Below the pieces are notes generated by a model. That model was given only the letters and a program-made list of their open reading frames with translations. It searched no databases and was not told where the DNA came from. Made by a program: the position numbers and the translations under genes. Shown in pieces: positions 11,799 to 23,794 of a DNA stretch of 64,000 bases; position 1 is the stretch's first letter; every line of letters starts with the position of its first letter. The DNA lies in contig OZ038378.1 in the NCBI GenBank assembly GCA_964036045.1, positions 14,198,001-14,262,000 of the forward strand. Reading direction: 5' to 3'. Origin of the DNA: Eutreptiella sp. 'Long Island Sound 2002' (Eukaryota > Protista > Euglenida).

Positions 11799-13477
11799 AA
11801 CTCTGAAATACCTCTGCACGGGGGTGGTATTCATATTTGGTCCAATTTGGTTTTCATCCACTGTTGGGTTCTCCCTAAAAAACTGAGTATTTTGAGTATA
11901 GACACATGGGGTGGTAACCCATTTTTTCACCCTCTACTGGTTCAAGCAAAATTTGCTTCGGGCGCCTTCGGCGCCCATGGTCCGGCACTTTCGGGCCATT
12001 TTCCAGGGGGGGGGCGCAATCATCATTCAAACTGCAACAGTTCTTGTGTTCGAGAGGATATGCTATGGACAATCTAGATGAAGCACAACGTATTCATCCG
12101 TCATAAAACTGCATCCATATCTACAATCAAATTTCCAGGGAGGGGGGGGGGGAGGGGGGGGTCGGCGTAAAGGGTCCGGTGCCGGCGAGCCCCCCGTGAC
12201 GCTAGCGGCCCCTATGAGGGGGACACCAATGTGCATTAAAGGGCCACGTACTCAAGAATGGTGTGCACAAGAGGAGGGGGGCAGTGTGCATGACATAATC
12301 TCGCTTTTGTTTAGGTGGGGGGGGGATCACTGTTATACCACATGTCTCCTCATTCCTGCATTAAAGGCAGAGCTGATGAACAGTGGTCCAGACTGGATAA
12401 GCATCGCTCAGCATCGGGCTTCGTATATAACACGAGGGGGGGTGCCCCATCCTAACCCCCAACCGGCCCAGTTGGCACCCACCCATAACCCCCCCCCCCC
12501 CCCTCTTTTACACGTAGGGTGGGGGGTCTGTCTCGCCATACATTTCAAAAATTGCTGTTAGCGCTCTTCCAGGTATGACATCCCAGCACCACTATGTACG
12601 TCTCTGCATTTGGCTCTTTAAAATACTGCTGGCTGGCTCACAACAACTGATGCTGGTTGCTGTTGCTGTCAGCTGTCAGCTGACTGAAATGTACTATGCT
12701 CCTAGTCACGAGTAACAGCAAAGCACCCTGCCTGGGTGTTTCCCAAGGGCAACTCTGCACTGGAGGGGACAGATGCTGCTCTGTTGGAACTTCTTGAATT
12801 GTTGTTGTTTTCAGGGTTACTGTTTGTATTGCAGATGTACTGGCTTCCACTCATTCGGCCTTGGGAAACTTCAGGGGATGCATGGGTTTCCATGCCTTCT
12901 CATGTCTGGATGCCAATCGCTCTTCAAATGCTCCCAGTTTAGATTGTCCACATTGTAGGCACAGCCACAACCAACCATCATTGAACAATGAGGTCCTGTA
13001 TGCATGCAATAGGGGGGAAACGACAAGCAAAAGGGAACACATCACTTCATTTTGACCAGGCCACGCAAGGGAACCCTGAGACCACCCCCCATATCTCTAA
13101 GAGCGGGGTGTCCTGAGCCAAAAAGCCACCCACCTCTTGCAGAATAGCTCTATATATGAAACCTGCTCAGCATACTACCTCAGAGTCTCAGAGCGGGTAC
13201 AAATACTCAGGACATTCCAGCGGTTGCTAATACGTGCCCCCGCTGGAATGGTATGTGTATGTACATGCATATGAAAACGTCCAGGAGAGGCGATGATCCG
13301 CAGATGGGGACGCGCAGATGGCATGCCTTTCCGACCCCTCGACACATGGCCGTTGGACAACACGGCCAACAACGCCAGCAGCAACAGCAGCAGCAACAGC
13401 AGCAGCAACAAACAAGCATCCACCTTGCCCATGGACAGGGTCCGCACACCACCCCTTTCCAGGTCCTGGGCTGATAC

Positions 13478-14194
13478 CTGCGCAAGCTCCGCATCCCCCG
13501 TGATGAACCTCTGCATGATCAGAGGAGGCTGCTCTGCCAAGACCGAGAGGGCGCTCAGGAACCAGCAGTCGCCAAGCGCCCCCTGGAGAATATCATTGGG
13601 ACTGACACAGGGCTGGCCATCGTTGCCCGTTGCGAACAGCCTGGTGGGTCCCCGCAGGAATGCGTCCGGGCGTACCCATTGAATGGCGCCTCCGGGTCCG
13701 TTCACGATTGCGCCGGACGCAGCGGGCCCAAGGCTGGACTCGTCAGCCGGGAACGCGGCGTCTACGAATAGGCTTCTGGAGGTTTTACAATGTTCCTGGA
13801 CCTCTGGCAGTGTCAGCCCTTTCCTAGCAATGGGCACTGGTGCATCGGAGATGTCCGGCGGGGCAGCAGCGCCGACCATCACCGCATGCTGTATATGCGG
13901 AACAGGCGGAACAGGCGAAGAGATGACTTTTGAGGTTGCTGCATACACGTCCGTCTTGAGACTAGCCTTCAATGTGCATTTGGAACTGGCATTGGGATTG
14001 GTGTTGGGGCTGGCAAGCTTAGCTTTCCAGAGTTGCTCACCAGCGCTGAGAAGCTCCATCTCACGTTCCAACTCAGCATCCAGGTCTGCCAGGACATGGT
14101 CATGGCGCACACAGTCATGGGAGGGAACTGATGTCGGCAGTGGGGCCTTACATTTCCCTGTGAGGCGTCGGCCACCACTGGGGGTGCTAGACAT
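13478..14194 (-). CDS. calpain-family cysteine protease, 5' exon (start codon uncertain)
   Basis: Contains FVDAAFP, WVRP and catalytic QGALGDCWFLSAL (13584-13562). The CAG|GTATCA donor at 13477 joins in phase 0 to the 8738 exon (ELAQ|GYAAVRL). The ATG at 14194 follows a polypyrimidine/AG acceptor near 14270; further upstream exons are not excluded. Confidence 0.85.
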
Positions 14195-15149
14195 GGGATG
14201 GAGACTGTTGAGAGAGCGGCCAGGGTATGTACAACGACGCTTCCATATTGGCAGGCTAGTTGACACTGCTGAAGCAGGACAGGTTTCAAACCGGGGTGGA
14301 GGGGGTGGCCGGGGGATGAGGGCTGGAGGGAGGGGTAAGAGAGAGGGAGGAATTGGGTTTAATTGGACATTGACCAACAAATTTTAAGGGTGCTGTTGGT
14401 AGCGACCTTCAGGGCACTGGGACATTGCCAGGTGAGACAGGCCTCATTACCTGCATGCTCAACCTCTCGCCACCTTGCCCAAAGTTGTCGGTTCTGCTGT
14501 GGCCTTTGGGGCTGTCGAGCTGACATACATCAGGTGCTGACAGCAGGCTCAGGTCAGATACTTGCAGCAGGGTTACTGTCTCAGGACTGAGTGGGTTGCG
14601 GGAGTGCCCCAAATCCCAGAGAACAAGACACTGCAGTCCTAACATACAAGTGCTCCCACATAAGGGTGGGGGGGTTTGGGCCCATTTTCCGGACCCCCCC
14701 CCTGGGGTAGCTCCTGTGACAGGAGCCACAGACGGGCCCACGAGGGGTGGGGTGGGGGTGCGGGGTAGCCCAAAATATACACCTCAAAGCGATCGCTACG
14801 ATGCGCTGATCATTTTGAGGTATATGTCATGGGGAAAGAGTAAGAGGGTACGAGGGTAAGAGGTAGCAGGGTAAGAGGGCTCAAACAACGCCCCCCGCAA
14901 ACCTTTTTGCCACCTCCCATGTTACTTCGGGAGGGTTCATCCCTCCCCACCACAGCTGCATCAGGCAATAACGTCCAGCTTGGTCCATTAATCTGACAGG
15001 CCAAACGCGAATGCAACATCAACCACCCAAAAAAATTCTATTTCCTTCGGCAAGGCACCTGAAATAGGGTGATGGGTTTGCTCTTGTTGTTAGGACATGC
15101 ATTGTCCACCAGCTCCTTCCCCTCCCCCCCCCCCCCCGCGCTCCTTTTC

Positions 15150-16780
15150 GATTCTCCAGCTAAAACTCACTTTCATACCAAACTGACCTCAAAATAGTGG
15201 GTTATGGGATGCAGTGGGGGCCCCAGTGTCCCTGATTTGGGATCATCCATCATCATCATCATCATCCATCACCCAAACCCCAATCAGGGTGACAATTTTA
15301 GATTCTCAGACCAAAACCCACTGTTACAACAAAACAAACACCAAAACAGGTCTACTATACACTATTACAGACGCAACCGAGGCACGATGTTGAAAGCACT
15401 CTTGTGACATTTTCAGTTTGTTATTTGGGATTCCCCTGAAGAGACTTCGTGCCTGCTTGTTTGTACAAGCGAAAGCCGCAGGACCTCAGGTCCAAGCAGC
15501 TGGGCCGTATCCAGCGACATGGACCCCGGTCTGTTTGTACGCTAAGCCAGTACGCTTGCTTTTTCTAAACGTCGGGGCAAACCCATAGATTTCAAAAATA
15601 CAAACCTTTTTCCCACAAAATTCAACTCAACAAGGGTCCTCTCGGGGTGAGGTCCGAGTCTCCAACATGTGCTGCCAACGTCTTAGCGTCGAGCGAAATG
15701 CGGCGAGCGTGTTGCAGTAACACCTCGTGCCATGGCAGATTTCCAAGGCGTTGATCTAGCCAAGGTGCAATTCTACCCACAAAGACTTGGGTTTGTGGGT
15801 TGCATAGGTCACAAAATGGCCAAACATAAACCACAATTTGTTTTCATTCTTAGTCCGATGCTTGTCATAGGTCCCAGGGTCCCAATTTCTCCACCTTGCC
15901 ACTCTCGTGTGGGGGTTAAAATTGATATTCTAGCGGGGGGGGTGGGGGGCTAGGGGCTTTCACCTTCCACTCCAGGTTTGGGGGGCTCCATAAAGCGTCC
16001 AATGCCTCATCGTGCAGGAGTTGGGGGGGCTCGGGGCTTTCAGCAAGGCTTGGTGAAGAAAGAGTTGCGATGGCAAACTCCAACCCCTCCACTGGGGCAT
16101 ACTCGTACAAGACCTCTTGACCTCCCAATTTGTACCGAATAGAGATGCAAAGATGCGTTGCCCACCTTTTGGACAAGGGCCAATGCAGGGCAAACGGCCG
16201 GTGATATGCCAGGCCCCTTGGCTGGGTGGACACAAGTTGGCTTGTATAGGCAAACCCCCGTCCAAGCGCCAATCAACTTGTGGTGGCAAGCCACCAATAT
16301 GCCATAGGTAATCAACCAAGCCAATGCCATGCTAGCATAGGCATTTGCGTGGTCAGGCTGGTCCCATCCCTCCTTGGCATGCCCCCAAGCATGCCTACCC
16401 CTATCCCTTGCATAGTTGGACAATATTCCACGGTGTATGGCCACCAAAATTGCGGCTCACAAAAGCGATATTCCAAGCAGATTGGCCTACAACCCTGAGC
16501 ATGCGATGCTAACATGTCTAGGTACATGTGTCAGGGTTTTGGATTCTTGGGCAAAAAATCATTTTCATACCAACTCAGCATCAAATCATATCCATTATCG
16601 GGTGTTGTGTACACAACTATATGTAGCTTATTTTTAGAATTAATTCGGATTCAACTTCTCCAATTTAGGGATCATCCATCATCATAACCCATCATCCCAT
16701 CCCCAGAGGGTCACGGTTTTGGATTCTTGGGCCAAAACTCACTTTCACACCAAACCGCCGTCAAAATGGGTCAATGTTTG
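15150..16780 (+). repeat. two related repeat modules (about 15150-15340 and 16530-16780) bracketing a decayed coding-like segment
   Basis: A GATTCTYGGGCCAAAACTCACTTTCAYACCAAA-like subunit occurs four times, and GGGATCATCCATCATCAT twice. Confidence 0.55.
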
Positions 16781-19700
16781 TACATATTCCCAGTGTCACC
16801 AAATGATCACCCAACAATGGCCCAAGGGTCCATGAGGGTCATCGGACGTCACCCCGAAATCACGGTTTTTCAGCCAACCCATGCCAGCCGGAAAACAGCT
16901 TGGTCCTCACCGCTGGGTTCCCGAAGAGGGCTTGATCTTGGAAACCCGGAAATAGCACCTGGGATCCGTCACTGGTTGGGGGCTCTGTGTAGAAGAAAGA
17001 AGTGGAATGGGACCTGGATCCAAATCGACGCACAGTGGCGGCTATAATCCAACCAAATTTTGACCCTCCCCCCCCCATGACCACCCCCTCCAAAAAAAAA
17101 GCAGCACCAAGGTACAGGGGGGTGGAGGGGTAAAAATCGAAAAATTCATTGAGGGATACTTTTGTCTCCCACAATGATGCTTTTTACAAGGGGTACATCC
17201 AATATCATACTCAGTTTGAGCTGATAGTGAGGGGCACGATAGTCAGGGGGAAGTACCTGCCCTCAACCAGTGCAGATAGGGAGATGGAACCAAATACTGA
17301 GACTTTTTGGGCAGGCCTGCTGTGTTTGGGACATGGCTCACAGCTTTGGTGGTCAGCTCAACTTCACTCAAGACATGCCAGAACATAAGCGGGTTCCGAA
17401 AATTTGCAACCCTTGTTAGCCCCAAACCTGCTGCCAAAGGTTCTTCTACCAAGAAAGCCAAACCTCAGGCTGATGCTGCTGGTGCCACTGCCCACAGCAG
17501 ACGAGAGGACTTAAGATGGCCACATAACCCCTTTGTCTCGGGGTCCTAGAGTGGGAGGGAACAATTTCTGCCACAACCAGCATTCGTTACCAAAATAGGG
17601 GAGCTGTGTCCAACGCAGCATTTTTTTTCCAAAGAAAGGGTAGGGGGGGGGGTTTCCAAACCGCATCCCAGTATCCCAGTATCCAGTTAGTTAGAAAGCC
17701 CCCTCCCGTCTCCCCTGGAGGGAACCACAGACTGTGGGCGCCCAATGCTGAGGAGTGCAGAATGTGAGCTATGTCTCTCTTGTTCAGGCCTGCTTCTGAC
17801 AGAGGCCGGTGGGTAGACATCCTGGTGTGCCACTGTGGCGCCGTGTCAGATGGCTGATGCAGTGCCTCGTGACCAGGGCTTGTGGGGGCGCCTTTGAGCT
17901 TCCCTCTCAAAATGTCATGGATGGGAGGTCAGTTTCCGCTCAATTACCCAGCCACCTGGACCCCCCCGATCCAGACTGAAACTGTCAGTGTCATGCGTGC
18001 CATGCAGCTGCGTCCGGGCACAAGGCCACGACGCAATGCCAGCCGATGACTGTGACAGCACCAGGCAGAGGGGGCGGGGGGACTGATGATGCCCCCTATA
18101 CTAGTCCCCAACCTCCATGCGCTTTTGCACTGTGTGCCTGCCCAACACCCCTGCAACCTCCTCCACCACTGCCTCTTGCCTGTCTGCCTTTTGCTCCTCT
18201 TCTGCTCCCCTCCTGCCTCGGCCCCCGAGCAGCCATTTCAGGTTTCTATGCAAAAATTGCCCTTTTCTGCCACAAATCACGTAAGAAATTCGAGTGTCTA
18301 ACAGACATTGCTCCTACATCTAGCCCACCTCAATTAATCTTATTTGTGTGCAATCAACTGCTTCACCACCAGATTACCACGCAGTTCTTTCCAAAAACCG
18401 AACACTCCAGATTTGCCCTGTAATAACACATTCATTTTTGCTGAGCACATGTTCAAGGTGGCACCAGCATATGTGGATAACACAAGCATTACCTTCACCC
18501 ATTTTGTTTTCTATCTGATTCTCTACATGGTGGAGGCCGCCGGAATTTAGGGCAGCAGTGTACGTAATGTGTGTATCGGGACTTGGTTGGATTGCACCTG
18601 CCTCTTGCTCTCACCGCCTGCCGTCGCTGCCTGGATTGGCATTGAGTGCCACCCAGCCCAACACCCTGCGTGCACACCAAACACATACGTGCGCGTGCCA
18701 CCCCCGGTCTCATGCTCATTTCACGCCTGGCCACCTGATGGCCCGTCAGAAAATGACTCTTCCCAACCCTTTTCCAACTTCACTAAGGGATTTTCTGGAG
18801 GTGGCGACATCGGCCTCATACCGGGCAAACATTGAGGCTCACTCCTCCATCCCACCAATACTTGCAACTACATTTGCTCTTCCAAACGGCAAAGCGATTA
18901 GCAGCAGAAGACATAAGATCCACGGATTGTATCACTTCCACAATGTAACTCTTCCAAACTTCCAGCTAAGCGGTATCTGAATGCACGGGCCGCACTCAAA
19001 CGAGGTCTGACTACCTGCTCGGTAGCCCAGGGTGAGCCCCTGCCTGCTTTTCGAGCATGCGGGGCGATACGTCGCACGGTGTCTCCGTCCGTTGCGCCTG
19101 ACCCGGTGGTGGTGGGCACGGGACACACGAAAAGCATCACATGATGCACACACGACTGCCCAAGCGCACACCAAAAGGCCGCAGACGGGCTCGGCACCCC
19201 CTACAGCTACAACGCATCTGACGGCGAACCGACTGCGGACGCGTCGTCCAAAGCCGTTTCATGAGGGGGCCGCCTGCGGACCTGCTCCCAAGAAGCGTCG
19301 TGGGTTCAAATGCCCGGTGAATCGTTGCCACATATATACTCTCAAACAAAAGCGTCGCAGTGGTCACAAACACTGGGCGTCCGGGGGCGGTAGGCAAAAG
19401 GCGTAATGATCCTCAGCGTCGGAAACAATACCGCACGGGACGCCCAGCGGGCTTTGTTGGGGGGTGACAGAGCGGGACCAGGTCGGCCCGGGGACTCTGT
19501 GAAGCCGAACATTCAGAGGACGGTTCGCCGGCACTTGCTGTCGGTTGACTAGTGCCCGCACTCATGACCAGCCGTGAGCGCTCCTAAGCACCCAAGTACC
19601 TTGTGAGGCATGCACACGGGATGCGCAATCGCAGACCGGCCATTCGCGCCACATTCAACCATCAGCCAAGCATTGGGGAACGGCAAACTGCAGAACGCCA

Positions 19701-20365
19701 CCCGCCCTCGAGCATCCGCCACCCCAGGCCTTGCGATGTGGTCCCAACAGCAAAACATAAGAAACCAAAGAACAGTCCACCAGCGCCGTCACGCCGCAGA
19801 CCACAGCCGGTGGCAGTTGGCGCTGTGGGCCAGTTTATACTGTCTGAAAACAAGCGTTTCCAATCCATGTTGAGTCCGATCGGACTCATTGTGTGGCTCA
19901 CAATCACAAAAAACCCCTTGTGCACAGCGCGTTTCGGCACAAACTGGTCCAAAAGTGGTTCAACAGCAGAAACACAAAAGTGCTCTCCCACAAATGATCG
20001 CAGACCCGTTGGCCTACTCAAAGCCGTTACGGGCCCGTGTTGACCGCTTTTGGGCCAGGCCTAATATGAGGAGGGCACTAAACCCCACCCCCCCTTGTCT
20101 AAGGCCCGGTCCCAAAATACTGGGACCCCTTGAAGCACTTGGGCTTAGAAAGGGGCGGCTTGGTGAGGCAGACGATGGTAGCCACCCTCTGAATCTCTCG
20201 GGTTTTCGTTTCACAGGGGGAGGGGGGGCCGGCTTGGACAAGCCAGGCCGAAGCCTCTTGGTGCTATCTCCTGAACGTGGTGAGGGGTGTAGATTAGAAC
20301 AAATACACATTCCTTTGTCTACGGCGCACCAGCAGAAGGTCACAGGGAACCAAAGGCTTCTTAGC

Positions 20366-21247
20366 TTAATGCTTGGACTTGAAGAGCTGGTCAGCCCCGG
20401 GCTTGACCAGGGACTTGAAGATGTCCGTCAGGGTGACCTCACTGATGGGGTGCATTTGGTCGTCAACGACGTACACGCTGCGATTCAGGTGCACGGACAT
20501 GTTTTTGAGGACAGAGGAGAGGCTCTCATCCTTCGTGCAGTACAGAGGCATGGGCAGGGGGATCTGGTCGGGCGCGTAGTCCTCTGGGTTGTCGACCTGA
20601 GACTTGGCAAAGCACACCATGAGCCGCAAGTGGTAGAAGTTGTTGAGGCCCTTGAGGTCACCGATGCTGATGCTGCTGACGAGCTTGCCCTTCCCATTGA
20701 CCACAGGCATAGCCCGGGACGTGGAATGGTACATGATCTGGAATGCCTTCATCATTGAGTCTCTGTAGTTGACGGTGTGGACCCGTCGGCTCAGGAACCC
20801 CAGCTCCTCGATGCTCTTCTCCCCCCGGTCCCCGAGGATGTCCGGGAACTGCGACAGGAACTTCGCAATGTCTCGTTGGGACAGGATGTCGCTCACTTTG
20901 CTTTCCTTTGTCGGCGGGCTATCCTTCGTCACGCTGACGCGGTGATAGCGGTTGGGCAGGAAGACCGTGGCAATGGCATTGTGCAGCGTCATATCCCCCG
21001 GCAACAAGTCCTTGGAGCTGTAGTTCAGGTTCTCGAGGATGCGACCCGACACCTCCGTGAACACCTCCTTGTCGCCGATGGAGTACTGGTACCCTCCGGC
21101 CTTGTGGTCGTCCTCCTTCAGAGTCCCCCGCTGGCGGTCCTCCAGACACGCAATCAACTCCGAGAGGATGTCAAAGGCGTCCACCATCCCGACATACTTG
21201 CCGCCCCGCAGCACTGGGGCGGTCAGCACGCTGTGCTCCGCCAGTTC
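20366..21247 (-). CDS. CBS-domain protein (8 CBS motifs, AMPK-gamma/SDS23-like), exon 3
   Basis: cctgccttAG acceptor at 21249-21248. Motifs include VLTAPVL..YVGMVDAFDIL, AMPVVNGKGKLVSSISIGDL and VYVVDDQMHPISEVTLTDI. Stop is TAA. Confidence 0.9.
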   Translation of the reverse strand, partial: ELAEHSVLTAPVLRGGKYVGMVDAFDILSELIACLEDRQRGTLKEDDHKAGGYQYSIGDKEVFTEVSGRILENLNYSSKDLLPGDMTLHNAIATVFLPNRYHRVSVTKDSPPTKESKVSDILSQRDIAKFLSQFPDILGDRGEKSIEELGFLSRRVHTVNYRDSMMKAFQIMYHSTSRAMPVVNGKGKLVSSISIGDLKGLNNFYHLRLMVCFAKSQVDNPEDYAPDQIPLPMPLYCTKDESLSSVLKNMSVHLNRSVYVVDDQMHPISEVTLTDIFKSLVKPGADQLFKSKH

Positions 21248-21631
21248 CTAAGGCAGGGCGGGGCGGTGCATGGCAGCACAGGGGATGGGGGTGGCGGGGC
21301 AGCAACGGGAAGCGAGCATTGTGCGGCGGGGCTGGGCGGCACTGCACGCCCCAGAGGGCGAGGGGCAGAGCGGTGCAGGGCAGCACAACGACCGGCGGGA
21401 GGAGGGCAGGTGCAGGGCCATGCAAAGCCGCGTGCCTGGCCAGAAAACCGCCCGCTTGCGTCGTGACGCACGAAAAAGTTTAAGCCCGGGGCCGTACCGC
21501 AGGAGCACGCCACCGTGAACTCAACCGCTTTTACGCGTCGCAACGCGCGCAAATGGCACCAAAATCGGTCGCGCCCAGGCCCTCCCTGGTCCAATGCCGG
21601 CACCGGAGGCGGGGGGTGCAGTGCGGCACAC

Positions 21632-22285
21632 CTTCATCGCCTCCCCCAACGTTTTCTCGGTGTTCATGGTCAGCACCTGAATGGGGTGGTGCGCGATCTT
21701 GCACACGTCCGCGACCGTCACGTTGTTGAACTCCCAGCCGCTGTTCACAATGTTCCGCAGGACGTCCTCCGTCGGCATGAAGAACTCGGGCATCCCCTGC
21801 TCGTCCACGACGTAGACGCGCCGGGCGGCCGGGCCCACCACCGCCACCACCTCGCTCAACGTGGCCCGGGAGGAGACGATCACAGGCTCAGCAATGGGAT
21901 GCTTGGCCTTGAACTCCGAGATGGACAGCAGCAAGGTGGACAGGTCGGCCACGCCCTCCAGCGTCCCGGCGTTGATGATGCCCACCAGCTTCCCGGCGGC
22001 GTCCAAGACCCCCACCTCCCTCTGCCCTTGCGCGCGGGCCAGCGCCAGCGCGTTTAGAACGGTGTCCGTTTCCTTGACGGAGGCCGCTTTGGCAGAGGCC
22101 ATGCCAAGTTTCGAGATGGGGCACGTGGCCTTGACGCCAAGCAGATCCGGGGACTGCGCAATGAACTCCACCACGTCGTTTTGGGACAGAAGGGCTGTGG
22201 CCTTCTCCCCATCGAAGACCGCCATGCGGAAGTAGTTGGGGCGCACGAAGCCGTTCCTCACGACGTCCATGAGGTTGTCGGAGAC
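21632..22285 (-). CDS. CBS-domain protein, exon 2
   Basis: CAG acceptor at 22288-22286 and AAG|GTGTGC donor at 21631. Phase-0 joins at both ends (NKAK|VSDN and EAMK|ELAEH). Contains CBS motifs such as VGVLDAAGKLVGII. Confidence 0.9.
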
Positions 22286-23446
22286 CTGGGCGCAACGGAG
22301 TCCACACCCCCGGCAACAAAGGAGGAGGTGATTCTGGCGCGCAGGGGGGTCCACGAAGGCTGGTTGGGCACTGTGTTGTACAATCGGTGTCCTGTGCAAT
22401 GTCATTTCTGTGACCGGCTTAGTTGCAGCTTCGGCACTGGGGAGTAACCAATGCCCTGTCATTTCTGGAAAGGCGCTCAGTTCACCAACCCTATCCTTGT
22501 TCATCAACCACAAGCAGAAATCCAGTTTGGGCGGGGAAACAGGGTTTGCCCTGCTGGTTGGGATGGCCACTTGTTCCCTTCAGCCTCTGAGCCAAGGGTT
22601 GGAAACCTGTTCCCCTTGATCGTTGTGTGATCTTCGCTCGCGCACTCCCTTGGAGGCCGTACTACAATGGCCTCGGGGGCATCGCCTGGTCACTATCCCT
22701 TGACCTGTGGAGATCCGTGCACCTCGCAGTCTCTTGAGGGGCACTACCATGGGCCACGCTTTTTGGAGTGAACCACAAAATCAAGCAATTGAGTCGCCAA
22801 TACTTGTGGTAAAATGCACTTGTTTGCGCTGAGCATTACAATAGGTAGGCTGCTCGTTGGGCATCGTTCCTCTATTTTGTTTTGTGGCTCTTGTGCCTTG
22901 TGCAGACTAAGGACCTGTGGGTAGACATGCTGGTATGCCACTGCTGTCCTCTGTCACTTGACGAGAGCTTGGGAAGTGAGCCTGGGTGCTGGTTCACGAG
23001 AGGGCTGGACAGCACCCCGCAAACCGCACAGTCTGGGACTGAATGTAAAGCCTTTCAGCGCTGGGAGGGAAGAGGTGAGCAGGGTTTCCAATAAATGTGA
23101 AACGTTCCATATGCTGAATAAAACATGCAGCGCGAGGCCTGACTAGACATGTCAAATCTGATGAAATGCAGAAAAAAATAGCGCTAAACTGATGGACTAT
23201 TGAAACACGAAGGAAAAAAAAATCACATGACTGTCGCACACAATGGGTGCCCCCCAAACAGACGTGATTGCGGCAGGATCAATGGCCCCACTTGGCACAC
23301 TGCTGTGAGGTGCAGCAGGCCAACCCCCCGCCCAGTATCCTACTGTCCCCGGCCCCACAAAAGCCCCACCAAAAGCACTCCTTGACGCATACCCCAAACC
23401 CAACCAACATGCATCCCCACTTCAACACTCATCACCCAACGCCGAC

Positions 23447-23794
23447 CTTGGCTTTGTTGTTCTCCGGCAGAAGATGGTACTCTTCTTGCAGCTCACTGAC
23501 CTTGCGCTCCAGCACTGCTGCCATGGTCTCACCAAACCCCTCACCTTTGGGTCCTGCCAGCTCTGACGTCACTTGCACCACATCCGTGATGGAGATCATG
23601 CCAAAGTACTTCTCCTTTTCCCCTTGGCCATGATTCTCCAGCACTGGCAGGGCACACACTTCATTCTCGACCATCACTTTCACCGCTTGTTTGAGGGTAT
23701 CCTCAGGAACAATGTAGCACATTTTCACTCCACGGGCTTTCTGCACGAAGGTGACCACATCTTGGACCTTCAAATCAGCCAAAGACTTTGCCAT
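23447..23794 (-). CDS. CBS-domain protein, exon 1
   Basis: The ATG at 23794 lies 24 nt after a ttttgcAG acceptor (23820-23819), which may be a trans-splice site. First CBS motif PEDTLKQAVKVM..ALPVL..YFGMISITDV. Donor AAG|GTCGGC at 23446. Confidence 0.85.

Noticed and set aside
13213-13250. 11-bp perfect inverted repeat that looked like a micro-exon or terminator in the calpain intron
   Set aside because: The flanking calpain exons join in frame without it. An isolated hairpin in 64 kb of repeat-rich DNA is not significant.
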